DNA from: a virus
IMG/VR virus record: IMGVR_UViG_2915168811_000001
Reading direction: 5' to 3' (one strand)
DNA: 64,000 nt
The notes under the pieces were generated by a model that made no database searches, had not been told where the DNA came from, and saw only the letters and a list, made by a program, of their open reading frames with translations. Numbering within the stretch: position 1 is the stretch's first letter; each line of letters opens with the position of its first letter. The position numbers and the translations under genes are program-made. Of the stretch, positions 39,834 through 49,170 are shown one piece after another.

Positions 39834-41836
39834 GCGTCATCACCGACCTCGAATCCCGTGCCCTTGTTATGCACCGGTGTAATGAGGGCACCATAACCAT
39901 GGGTGTGCATGTCGACCTGCCAGGTGATGTAGTCCGCCACCGTGGTGTAGAAGTCGTCGTAGGTCGGCGGCTGGTCGTTGAAATAGAAGTAGCTGTGCTG
40001 CCACTCGTCGGTCGCAATGATCTCTGAACGCACCACAAACGATGTGTCATCGGGCACGCCGTCCCGGAGGACCTCAAGCAGATGCTTGCGCCGATCGGCA
40101 GCGCGCCCGTCGTCGACCAGGCCGACGTGTTGGCGGACCTTGTAACCATCGTCTTTGAAGTCCACGAAGGCAGTCTTCTTCGTCTCGGGGTGGGGTACCC
40201 CCGCTGTGAAGAGCGCAATGACTGCATGAGTACCGATGCCGTGGAACGTGTCCGGATTCATCGTTAAGACGGCATCAAGCGTGTGATGCTTGAGAATCTT
40301 CGCCTTGAGGGCCTTATCAACCTTGTTCTTCCCGACCATGGCAGACTGCGGGACGATCGCGGCGAGGCGGCCCCGAACTTCCAGCTGAGACAGCGCCCGC
40401 TCAAGGAAGGACAGTTCGGACAGGTGCCAGGTGGTCGGGTCCTTCGCCTGCGAATACGGCGGGTTCATGAGCACCTTCGTGAATCCCTCCAGACGACCAG
40501 GGCGCTCGGGGTTGTACGGGAAGAAATCGTCCCGTGTGGTGTCGAAGAAGCTCCTGCGCTGGAAATTCGCCTTTCCGTCACCGCGCAGGATCATATTCGT
40601 AGTGCCGACAGCGAAGAGTTTGTCCTGGAGTTCGACGCCATGCAGCTGGAACCTTTTGATCTCGTCGAGGCGTTCAGCGAGGCGAGTGGGGTCGCCACCA
40701 TACCGCGTAGTTGCGTCGGCGAACATGCGGCGCATCGCAGCGATTAGGAACGCCCCAGAGCCTGCGGTCGGATCGAGCACCACGTCGTCACTGTTCACGT
40801 CGATCAGCTCGGCCATAAGGTCCGTGATGTGGTGCGGTGTGAGCACGATACCCAGCGAGTTTCCGTCGGAGCCGCCGTACTTCACGAACTCACCGTAGAA
40901 GTTTCCCAGCACGTCGAACGCCGAGTGGGAGGGAGACGATACGACCTCGAAGACCTCATGATCGAGGATCTCCGTGAAGTGCTGGAGCGGTGTCTTCCCG
41001 AGATCGCGGTTCCGCTGGTTCAGCAACACGTGACGCTTGATGAAGGCGAAGCGATCGAGCATGATCCCGATCTTCTGCTTCGGCCCAAGGTCGGCCTCGG
41101 GGCTCTCCAGGAACTCCTTCGCGGCGTTGTAGACTTTCTCGCCGTCCCGGTATCCGTTGCGCTGGTCACCGGCGAGGTCGGCGAGCAGTTCGGGGCGGTA
41201 CTTGAGCGCCAGCAGGATCGCAGAGACCAGCGTCGCCTTGTTCTCGTTCTCCAACGAGGCGTAGTTGCGCATACCCTCGTGAAGATTTGCCGCCACCTTG
41301 CGAATCTCACGGACCTCGCGCTCCTCGCGAGGTAGCTCACCGAGCACGGCGACGCGGTAGTACTCGTTGATGTTCTCCGCCGCGAACGGTGTGAGCGTCT
41401 CCAGCCCGTCCAACACCCTGGACTCCGTCCGAGGAGCGACGAAAGCAATCGACATGTCGTAGTGACTCTCGGTACCGGCGACACCCACCGCGAAAACCTT
41501 CTTGCCGGTCCTATCAGCGAAGGTCTTCGCATAGTGCACGGCACCGTTCAGTGCGTATTTGACGCGCGCAGGAGGATCAAGTGCTATGCGGCCCTCCTCG
41601 TCGAGCATGACAGAGTCCTCGAACCGAGCCTTGTCCTCCACAACCACGATGAACTCGCCCGACTCAATGACGAACTCGGGCTTGCCTCGACCAGAACCAT
41701 CGGACTTGGATGCGCCTTCGAGGGCCTCGTAGATGTAGGCGGGAGCGTCGGAGCAGCTCTGCTCCCACGGTCTGGGGTAGCCGATCTCACGCAACATGTC
41801 GCGTACGAACTGGTCGGTGCTTCTCTCGTTCCCCAT
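39830..41836 (-). CDS. Type IIB/IIG restriction-methylase subunit (BcgIA-like)
   Basis: N-terminal GKPEF...VEDK nuclease motif; LDPTAGSGAF; MNPPY. Confidence 0.88.
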   Translation of the reverse strand: MGNERSTDQFVRDMLREIGYPRPWEQSCSDAPAYIYEALEGASKSDGSGRGKPEFVIESGEFIVVVEDKARFEDSVMLDEEGRIALDPPARVKYALNGAVHYAKTFADRTGKKVFAVGVAGTESHYDMSIAFVAPRTESRVLDGLETLTPFAAENINEYYRVAVLGELPREEREVREIRKVAANLHEGMRNYASLENENKATLVSAILLALKYRPELLADLAGDQRNGYRDGEKVYNAAKEFLESPEADLGPKQKIGIMLDRFAFIKRHVLLNQRNRDLGKTPLQHFTEILDHEVFEVVSSPSHSAFDVLGNFYGEFVKYGGSDGNSLGIVLTPHHITDLMAELIDVNSDDVVLDPTAGSGAFLIAAMRRMFADATTRYGGDPTRLAERLDEIKRFQLHGVELQDKLFAVGTTNMILRGDGKANFQRRSFFDTTRDDFFPYNPERPGRLEGFTKVLMNPPYSQAKDPTTWHLSELSFLERALSQLEVRGRLAAIVPQSAMVGKNKVDKALKAKILKHHTLDAVLTMNPDTFHGIGTHAVIALFTAGVPHPETKKTAFVDFKDDGYKVRQHVGLVDDGRAADRRKHLLEVLRDGVPDDTSFVVRSEIIATDEWQHSYFYFNDQPPTYDDFYTTVADYITWQVDMHTHGYGALITPVHNKGTGFEVGDDA

Positions 41837-42049
41837 GGGCAACACTCTCACTCACTGATTGCATCAAATATCTAACAATGACAGTACTTGACTACGCATG
41901 CTCGGAGCTAAAGCAACGCGCTGGAAGATGCCCCGCACAGCGGGGCCGGGAGCCTCCACGAGAGCGGCGACGTGGCGTAAGTGCGTCGATTCACCGAGCA
42001 CGACTGCCTGTCGCGCCAGCCGCTCTCCCAGACCTCGGAAGAGACCGCC

Positions 42050-42604
42050 ATGACCACCAGCACCGACATAGAGACCACACCCAGCGCCTGGATCGGCTGC
42101 CTCGCCTGCTACAACAACGGACGACTCGTAGGCGCGTGGTTCGATGCCGAGACTGCCGACACCGTGACTCTCGCAGATGTCCACGACGGCGCGAACCACG
42201 TGCGCCGAGACTGTGAGGAGATGTGGGTGCTGGACCATGAGAACATCCCTACCAAGGGCGAGATGAGTCCCTCGGAGGCCGCCGAGTGGGGTCGCGTCAT
42301 CGTCTCGGTCCCCGAGCGCGATCGTCCGGCGCTGTGCGCTTGGGTCGCGTCCGGCGACTACATCGCGGAAGGAGCGGGAGACATTCCGTCGGTGAACGAC
42401 TTCGAGGAACGGTACGCCGGACATTGGGACAGCTTCCGCGACTACGCCGTGGACTTCGCAGAGGACATCGGGTTGCTGAACGACGCGCCAGAAACGCTGG
42501 CAACCTACTTCGACTGGGATGCCTGGGCTCGCGATTTGGCGATGGATTACACGACAGTGGCAGCAGGCGGTGGATGCGGCGTGTACGTCTTCCGCGCCCT
42601 GTGA
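42050..42604 (+). CDS. ardA: Antirestriction protein ArdA
   Basis: WIGCLACYNNGRLVGAWF, acidic body, YFDWDAWARDL, VYVFR. Confidence 0.9.
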   Translation: MTTSTDIETTPSAWIGCLACYNNGRLVGAWFDAETADTVTLADVHDGANHVRRDCEEMWVLDHENIPTKGEMSPSEAAEWGRVIVSVPERDRPALCAWVASGDYIAEGAGDIPSVNDFEERYAGHWDSFRDYAVDFAEDIGLLNDAPETLATYFDWDAWARDLAMDYTTVAAGGGCGVYVFRAL

Positions 42605-42616
42605 GAGGAGGCGGTC

Positions 42617-42808
42617 ATGAGCGCAGAGTCCAACGCCCACAGCCACGCCCAGGACTTCCGTTGGTGGGTCGGCAACCCCGAGATGAGCGACGAGGAAGCG
42701 CACTTGCATGATCTACTCGCCCTGCATCGGGCGACGGGCGATCTGATCCGTGAGCAGCGTGACATCCTCGGGCATTATGACACCGACGTCGAACCTGCCC
42801 TCGTCTAG
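42617..42808 (+). CDS. Small hypothetical protein downstream of ardA, 3' end runs into recombinase remnant
   Basis: GAGGAGG RBS; QDFRWWVGNPEM. Confidence 0.6.
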   Translation: MSAESNAHSHAQDFRWWVGNPEMSDEEAHLHDLLALHRATGDLIREQRDILGHYDTDVEPALV

Positions 42809-43042
42809 GTCATCTACGAGCTGGGCGAACCCCTCCCGTCCGCGTCTCGCATACCGAGAGGCCGAGCGGTCGTCATCACGGTACGACTGCGGGTGTGCTG
42901 ACCAACCCTGGTCGGAGATCGCACGGATGTTGTCGTCGTGCTGCTGGTCGGTGCTCTTGCCCCGACCCTTAGCGTCTTTGGAGACCCTCAGGTACTCCCT
43001 GGCTACCGTCTTGCGGGTCGTGCTCTTCTGACTACTCATCAC
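42713..43042 (-). pseudogene. Truncated large serine recombinase (catalytic N-terminus only)
   Basis: EYLRVS...S..QQ...YRDDDRSAS...REGF..L..DL..GRFDV, after which similarity stops (~42785). Confidence 0.8.
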
Positions 43043-43068
43043 TCACATCTATTAATAACTATATCTCC

Positions 43069-43848
43069 GGCGAGTACCGCCAGGTGGGTTCCACCTGCGC
43101 CAAGGACTTCCTCGGCTGGTCCGGGAACCCCGTCTGGATCGACGAGGAGAAGGTGCGCGACGAGATCGATGCCGCCATCGGCACCGGCGGGGATCTGTCC
43201 TGGACACCACGCACTGTGCTGGCGGCGGCGATCGCGGCTGTGGCCGCGTGCGGCTGGGCGCCAGCCTCCTGGGATGGCGTCACGACCGCGGAGCGTGTCC
43301 GTGTACTTCTCGGCGGAGGTCGCACGAAGCGTGACAGCGAGCTCGTCGAGGGAATCTCTGAACATATTGACGCCGCAGAAGCTCAGGTGGACGCTGACCT
43401 CGCGGACGCACTGGCCCTCTCCTCATCCGCGCGCGACGGGTATGTCGCGAACCTGCACTCCGCCCTCGCGGCTGACGCGGTCACGCCGCGCACGTTCGGT
43501 TTGATCTGCTCCGCGGTCTCGTACCTGGCGCGCGAACGCCAGGAGACCGCCATCCGGGCAAAAGGCGAGGCTTTTGAGCCGGAATGGCTCGGCGAGATCA
43601 ACGAGAAGATCACCTTCTCAGGCCAGGTCACAACCTGCATGCCCGTGGAAGGGTTCGCCTACGGAACCACTGAAATGTTCGTCATCGTGACCACGGAGAC
43701 CGCCTTGGTGAAGTTCACGACCGCAGCCCGCTGGGCTGACGACCTGAAGCGCGGCGACCAGGTCACACTGACCGCCAAGGTGAAGAAGCACGACGGATAC
43801 AACAAGAAGAAGCAGACCGTCGTCACCCGGCCGAAGCCGGTGAAGTGA
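43069..43848 (+). pseudogene. 3' part of the split gene (C-terminal OB-fold-like domain)
   Basis: GEYRQVGSTCAKDFLG...LTAKVKKHDGY...QTVVTRPK. Confidence 0.8.
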
Positions 43849-43907
43849 CCACGCCCGTCACGTAGGTTCGCCCGCACCGTGCGCTGTCTGGGCTACTGTG
43901 TGAGGCG

Positions 43908-44534
43908 ATGACCTCCTCAGACATTGAACGACGTACGCAGCTCAGCGAGCTGAACATGGCGGTGGCGCGCGCCGTCGGGACTCATCCGCAATGCATCACT
44001 GCGGTGGCAATTCTCGTCGAGCTCGGGCGCCTGAAAGGGTTCGATCTTGTTCCCCGCGCGGTCTCCGTCTCGGGTAGATCTGGTGCTACTTTCCTTGCGA
44101 CCGGTGGGGCAGCGAAAGCCTCACTGATCCGTCAGGGTGTCCCCGTTGAGTCGATGGCGACTCAAAAGGCGATGGTGAGCGACGGCTTCGTGGACTCACC
44201 GTTCCTCAACTCGGGCCACATGGTCGCGATCGATGAAACGTCGAGGACACTTCTGGATCCGTCCTTCTCGCAGTTTTCAAGAGCAGGCTTCCCCATGGCT
44301 GGCATTACAGCGAAATTTGGGGATGGAGCAAAAACACTAGAGATGCCACTGTCCGAGGACAGTTTCGTCGTCTATCACCTGGACGCAGATACCGGCGGCT
44401 GGCGCGATCAGTACGAATTCGCGCAAGCGCACATCGGTTCGATGCCGTCCGAGATCTCGGATCATCTCAGTGCTGGCGGCGACCCGCTCACGCACAGCGT
44501 ATGCCTCGGCCTGGACGGCTCTATCCTCGTCTGA
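43908..44534 (+). CDS. Hypothetical protein, possible papain/transglutaminase-like C-H-D triad
   Basis: QCI...GHMV...LLDPSFSQF; TACTGT -10 upstream. Confidence 0.55.
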   Translation: MTSSDIERRTQLSELNMAVARAVGTHPQCITAVAILVELGRLKGFDLVPRAVSVSGRSGATFLATGGAAKASLIRQGVPVESMATQKAMVSDGFVDSPFLNSGHMVAIDETSRTLLDPSFSQFSRAGFPMAGITAKFGDGAKTLEMPLSEDSFVVYHLDADTGGWRDQYEFAQAHIGSMPSEISDHLSAGGDPLTHSVCLGLDGSILV

Positions 44535-44626
44535 CGGTCCAGATTTTCGTCCCTGCTTCGTCTTTGGAGCGCTCACGCCGCGCATCACTCCGGTGACGCT
44601 GCAGATCGCGGCCGGAAGGCGGACCC

Positions 44627-44878
44627 GTGAAGATCAAGACCCTTTGGGCAACCCGGAAATCTTGGGAGGGCCCTCCGGAGCTTCTCATCGCCCAGGACGA
44701 AGCCGGCATGGACGACAACTTCGAATGGTTCGCTGAGCGGCAGGCCATCGAACTGAAGGCAATGGGCGATGACCTCGGCGAGCACCGCGTCATCATGCTT
44801 GAGGTCGACGGATCGGCGATCGAGCGCGCGTTCACTGCGCCGACAGTTCCCGGGACAGTGCAGGGCACGACGTCGTGA
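44627..44878 (+). CDS. Small hypothetical protein
   Basis: After element copy 44578. Confidence 0.65.
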   Translation: MKIKTLWATRKSWEGPPELLIAQDEAGMDDNFEWFAERQAIELKAMGDDLGEHRVIMLEVDGSAIERAFTAPTVPGTVQGTTS

Positions 44879-44974
44879 ACACCCTCCCCGGAGTGCTGGC
44901 CTGACCTCAACCGCGAGTAGGCCGCGCATCACTGTGGTGAGGCTGCACGGTGCGGCCGGACAGGACGTCGCCTC

Positions 44975-45559
44975 ATGAGCATGAGAATGCTTGACCTCAA
45001 CGACACCCTCACTCGGGATGTGTTTGTGCGCAGTTTGGTGCCGACCGAGACTTTCACTGTCAACTCAGTGAACCCCTATGGAGGCCAGCCCGAGAACACC
45101 CTGCTGTGGGTGCCGATCGCTGCGCTGCTCGGCGGGGCATGGATCGGCAGGCCGGTGAGCGATCTCGTGAAACTTACCGCAGCCGCAGCGTTCGACGATC
45201 CGTTCGGAGCTCCGAGATACCAGGTGTGGTCGCACGAGGTCGCAACCGGTGTGCCTCTGCGGATGCAACTGCGTGGTCTTGAGCAGGTCATTTACATAAC
45301 CATGCTGCTTTGCCATGAGGCTTACGTGATGCCTGCGCCGAGCTTTTCCTGCAAGCGCTGCGGGGCTGGGGTTGAACGGAAGCCGGAGCACTGGACGAGA
45401 TGTGCTGGCTGCGGTTGGTCACGCAGGTGGGTCGTCGACCTGCATGCGCCCTGGCTCACCCTCGACCCACTCGAGCTTCACTTTGATCGAGAAGACGAGC
45501 GCCTCGTCACCGTCTGGTCCGACGAAATCGCTACCAACCGCTCCAAAGGAGTCTCATGA
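44975..45559 (+). CDS. Hypothetical protein with Zn ribbon
   Basis: CKRC...CAGC. Confidence 0.65.
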   Translation: MSMRMLDLNDTLTRDVFVRSLVPTETFTVNSVNPYGGQPENTLLWVPIAALLGGAWIGRPVSDLVKLTAAAAFDDPFGAPRYQVWSHEVATGVPLRMQLRGLEQVIYITMLLCHEAYVMPAPSFSCKRCGAGVERKPEHWTRCAGCGWSRRWVVDLHAPWLTLDPLELHFDREDERLVTVWSDEIATNRSKGVS

Positions 45560-46671
45560 AACAGCTCTACTCCGGCGACCTGCGCGCCTACCCCGGCATC
45601 CCTGACCGCTGGTCTGGGCACAAGCGGGAGTACGCCGCGCGAGTGCTTAGCCTCCTCCAGAATGTGACGCCGGACCGCGACTTCACACCTGACCCAGAAG
45701 CGGACATCGAAGACTTCTGGGAGGACGCCGTCCGCCTTGCTGCGTCGTTCGTCGCCAGCCGCGGGGAGATGGATGTCGTCACCGGGAAGATCAAATGGTC
45801 TCCCGACGAACTCGAGCGCCGGTTGGGGCCAATCAGCTGGGATGAGGTCGGAGGGCGTCATTCCCGCGACCCGTTCATTGCGCACCCGTTGGTCCTGAAA
45901 TACGGCGGCCGCGCAATGTCGCTCGCCACTCATTGCAGCGAATGGCCTGACGACCCTTCCGGGGAGCGGGGCCCGCTCGACGAGGTCGACACTCTGGTGG
46001 ACTGGATTGTCGCACGGAACGCGGCAGGGGTATCCGACGTCGTGGTGAAGAACGCACAGAGCAAGAGCGGCATCTGGGTGCTCCCGACCAGTTCGGACCG
46101 CGCCGAGGTGCGCGCTTGTGTGAGCCGCGCTCTCGAATGGACGGCCGTCAGGCTCGACGGTCTACGTGACGCACTGCTCGTGCAGGACATGGTCGACCTG
46201 GAGAGCGAGGTCCGCTTCTTCGTGGTCGACGGCGAGGTCGTCACCGCGGCCGGCAACGTCGAGGAGTTCACTCCCCTGGACATGGTGTCCCGCCCGGATG
46301 ACGGCTTGAGTGTCGAGCTCGGGGCCTATGTGGATGCGCGTCTGCGCGTGCACCGCGGACACCTCACGCAGGGAGGCCCGTCCGAAATCATCCACGCCCC
46401 GGACACCATGCGCGCCCAGTTCCTTGCCGCGAAGCAGATCGCGGCCGAGCACGGCGGCACCATCGTGCTCGACATGGCGATGCTTGACGGCAGTCCCGTC
46501 CTGGTCGAAATCAACGAGCTCACGAACTCCGGGCTGTACGCATCCGATCCGTGGGCGGTTGCTCGGCGGCTGGTGACAGCCAAGGACCGCGGGTACGGGC
46601 AGCTGCGCGACAACCCGATCGGCGGCATCGTGTTTCGCCAGAACGGGTGCGGCCGCGCATCACTGGAGTGA
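45556..46671 (+). CDS. ATP-grasp protein (DUF4343/R2K-like)
   Basis: VVVK...K, EVRFFVVDG, VLDMA, VEIN...SGLY. Confidence 0.8.
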   Translation: MKQLYSGDLRAYPGIPDRWSGHKREYAARVLSLLQNVTPDRDFTPDPEADIEDFWEDAVRLAASFVASRGEMDVVTGKIKWSPDELERRLGPISWDEVGGRHSRDPFIAHPLVLKYGGRAMSLATHCSEWPDDPSGERGPLDEVDTLVDWIVARNAAGVSDVVVKNAQSKSGIWVLPTSSDRAEVRACVSRALEWTAVRLDGLRDALLVQDMVDLESEVRFFVVDGEVVTAAGNVEEFTPLDMVSRPDDGLSVELGAYVDARLRVHRGHLTQGGPSEIIHAPDTMRAQFLAAKQIAAEHGGTIVLDMAMLDGSPVLVEINELTNSGLYASDPWAVARRLVTAKDRGYGQLRDNPIGGIVFRQNGCGRASLE

Positions 46672-46701
46672 GCCCGCGCCCGCGGGCCCCGAAAGGCACC
46701 C

Positions 46702-47040
46702 ATGTTTGAGCGCATCCCAGCTGGCATTCGCGAGCGAGCCGTTGTCGCGTATGCCAACGCGACGGAGTACCCACGCGTATTTGCCTACGACGAACTGACC
46801 GAGTTCGAGCTGGCGAAGTTCGAAGGGGACGTCGAAGAAATCCACTACGCCCTGTTTGAGGCAGCCACTGGCAAGGACTGGGACGCGGTCCTCGCCGCGG
46901 CGGTCCGCCACCTGTACACGGTGTGCGCGCCTTCCGGGGATGGGGCAGGGCCGTTCGACACGCTCTCCGCCGAGGATCTCGCCTGGTGGCAGGACCGGGT
47001 CAAGCGGCCCGCCGAAATCCTGAAGGAGGCAGCGCGATGA
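46702..47040 (+). CDS. Hypothetical protein
   Basis: After element copy 46653. Confidence 0.65.
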   Translation: MFERIPAGIRERAVVAYANATEYPRVFAYDELTEFELAKFEGDVEEIHYALFEAATGKDWDAVLAAAVRHLYTVCAPSGDGAGPFDTLSAEDLAWWQDRVKRPAEILKEAAR

Positions 47041-47591
47041 ATGACGCCGAGCTTCACGCTGAACACGAGCGGTGGATCCAAACTCCTGGCCGCAAAGAGT
47101 TCGCCGTCTACCCGCGCAAAGCGCACCGCGACTTCTACATGATCACCGCCGAGCCTGACGGTTCGTTCGCTTGGGCCTGGTTCGACTTGGATGTGCGCGT
47201 CCCCGCCGAGCTGAGCACGTCCACGTTCCCGACGGCCGCCGGTGCACTGCGGTCTGCGGCCGATAACTTCGAGGATTGTTCAGGCGTCAACCCCACCCTT
47301 CCTCCAACCATGCGCGCCGCGGCGACGCGGCTGGAGAAGGTGCACGCCGACCCGGAGCCGACCTCCCCCGAACCAGCTGCGGCAGTTCCCACGATCCAAT
47401 GGGTCTCGGACCGCCTCCGCTGCGGCATGGACCTCGACCCGACGGAGTTCGGTGATTCCGAAGCTGACGGTGTCCGCTTGGACTCCTCAGGCCGCGAGTA
47501 CATCCGGATCACGCGGTTCAGTGAGGATGGGCAGAAGCTCGGCTACGCTCGCCTGTACGCCACCTTCCAGCTTGAGGAGCTCCCCGTATGA
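47037..47591 (+). CDS. Hypothetical protein
   Basis: AAGGAGG RBS, ATGA overlap. Confidence 0.65.
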   Translation: MNDAELHAEHERWIQTPGRKEFAVYPRKAHRDFYMITAEPDGSFAWAWFDLDVRVPAELSTSTFPTAAGALRSAADNFEDCSGVNPTLPPTMRAAATRLEKVHADPEPTSPEPAAAVPTIQWVSDRLRCGMDLDPTEFGDSEADGVRLDSSGREYIRITRFSEDGQKLGYARLYATFQLEELPV

Positions 47592-48412
47592 CTCGAATCA
47601 CGGTCGAACTTGGAGACATCACCCGTCAGAGAGTGGACGCAATCGTGAACGCGGCGAACCGTGCCATGCGTGGCGGCGGAGGCGTCGACGGCGCGATTCA
47701 CCGCGCCGGCGGGCCCGCTGTGCTCGCGGAGTGCGTGGAACGATTCCCGCGCGGGCTCGACACCGGAGATGCCGGATGGACGATCGCAGGCAACATGCCA
47801 GCCGGGCACGTGATCCACACCGTCGGCCCGAACTTCGGTGCAGGCGAGACTGACCCGCAGCTGCTCACATCCTGCTACCGGCGTTCCCTCGAAGTCGCCG
47901 ACGAGCTCGGTGCGAAGACCGTCGCCTTCCCGCTGATCAGCGCCGGCATCTACCGCTGGCCGATCCAGAGCGCTGTGGAGATCGCGATCGACACCGTGGC
48001 TCAGTCCCCCACCCGTGTCGACGAGGTTCGTTTCGTGGCGTTCGATCAGGCGATCTATGACCGGCTCCGCGCCGCCGCGCTGGCCGTGTCCCCGCCGGAG
48101 GTCGCGCCGGGATCCATCGGAGCTCTGTTCGATCCTGAACCGGCCCAGTGGGGGTACCGCGGCGACCCGTACCTGTGGCGGGAGCTGCGCGCACAGACCG
48201 CGGACGTCCCCGTTCCTGCCACCGCCGACGAGCTGAAAGCGGACCTGCTGGAGCGTATCTCCCGCATCTGCGACCTGAACGAAGAGGACGCTTCGCAGGT
48301 GCCGGCGTTCAACCCCGGGCACGGAATGTCGGCCGGGCAGGTCAACACCCAATGGTGGCTCAACATCGGACTCCCCGCCATAGTCGGCGAGGCGTTCAGG
48401 CCGGGCAAGTGA
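47588..48412 (+). CDS. Macrodomain ADP-ribosylhydrolase (YmdB/MacroD type) fused to a C-terminal domain
   Basis: GDIT, AIVNAAN, GGGGVDGAIH, VIHTVGP, AFPLISAGIY; C-terminal QWGYRGDPYLW...GMSAG. Confidence 0.92.
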   Translation: MTRITVELGDITRQRVDAIVNAANRAMRGGGGVDGAIHRAGGPAVLAECVERFPRGLDTGDAGWTIAGNMPAGHVIHTVGPNFGAGETDPQLLTSCYRRSLEVADELGAKTVAFPLISAGIYRWPIQSAVEIAIDTVAQSPTRVDEVRFVAFDQAIYDRLRAAALAVSPPEVAPGSIGALFDPEPAQWGYRGDPYLWRELRAQTADVPVPATADELKADLLERISRICDLNEEDASQVPAFNPGHGMSAGQVNTQWWLNIGLPAIVGEAFRPGK

Positions 48413-48419
48413 CATCGTT

Positions 48420-48608
48420 ATGGAGCCGGATGATTGGGATGCGCTGCCTGACTCGCAGCGCCAGCTTGTCCGCGACGCCATTGAGGCCGAGCGCGAAAGT
48501 CTGGTCTCAGCGATCCGGGATGCGCAAAGTCCGGAGGTCGCTGAGACCAGGCAGCGGGAGCTCGCGCAGATCGACGCATTGTCGGCTGACATTCACCGTA
48601 AGGAGTAG
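48420..48608 (+). CDS. Small hypothetical protein
   Basis: 62-aa helical ORF. Confidence 0.45.
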   Translation: MEPDDWDALPDSQRQLVRDAIEAERESLVSAIRDAQSPEVAETRQRELAQIDALSADIHRKE

Positions 48609-48660
48609 GCGCACTTTCTGGCGCTGACCGGCGACGCCACGCGCGGCTGCTCCTGTCGCG

Positions 48661-48710
48661 TTGCCGGTGTCTGAAGCTCGGCGTACACTTCGAGTCGAAC
48701 ACATGTTCGA
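48661..48710 (+). promoter_or_regulatory. SigA promoter with LexA (SOS) box
   Basis: TTGCCG-17nt-TACACT, then TCGAAC-ACAT-GTTCGA at 48695-48710 (actinobacterial LexA consensus). Confidence 0.88.
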
Positions 48711-48725
48711 GCGAAAGTGGAGAAA

Positions 48726-49166
48726 ATGCGAACACTCGAGGGGGCCCCGACTCCCTACTGGGGACCGTTTCCCTCGATGCCTGCCGCGTCCGAAGCTGTT
48801 CAGGCCGGCTTCCCCTCCCCCGCCCAGGACTACTTCGACGGCGACCTTGACCTCGGGGAGCTGCTCATGCCGAGCCGGGTGTCCTCATACGTCGTCACGG
48901 CTGCCGGCGACTCCATGATTCGCGCCGGCATCTTCGACGGCGACAAGCTCATCATCGACCGCGCCATCAACGCGATCAGCGGCCACGTCGTGATTGCCGT
49001 GCTCGACGGCGAGCTCACCGTCAAACGCCTCTCCATCGACGCTGGCGGACAGGTGGTCCTGCGCGCCGAGAACCCCCTCTACCCTGACATCCAGATCCAC
49101 GGCCTGGCCGACCTCACCGTGTGGGGCGTTGTGACCTGGGTGCTTCACCGACCTTCCCGTGTGTGA
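48726..49166 (+). CDS. umuD: UmuD-like S24 autopeptidase
   Basis: AGFPSPA, GDSM, TVKRL. Confidence 0.93.
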   Translation: MRTLEGAPTPYWGPFPSMPAASEAVQAGFPSPAQDYFDGDLDLGELLMPSRVSSYVVTAAGDSMIRAGIFDGDKLIIDRAINAISGHVVIAVLDGELTVKRLSIDAGGQVVLRAENPLYPDIQIHGLADLTVWGVVTWVLHRPSRV

Positions 49167-49170
49167 GGAT

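Larger units (their letters stand above)
38274..43066. mobile_element. Serine-recombinase integrative element (defective) carrying R-M and ArdA
   Basis: CC core duplicated (38272-73, 43067-68); imperfect inverted ends AGACACCGATTGAAACAGAT / ATCTATTAATAACTATATCT; recombinase at right end; no copy of the host repeat inside. Confidence 0.85.
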
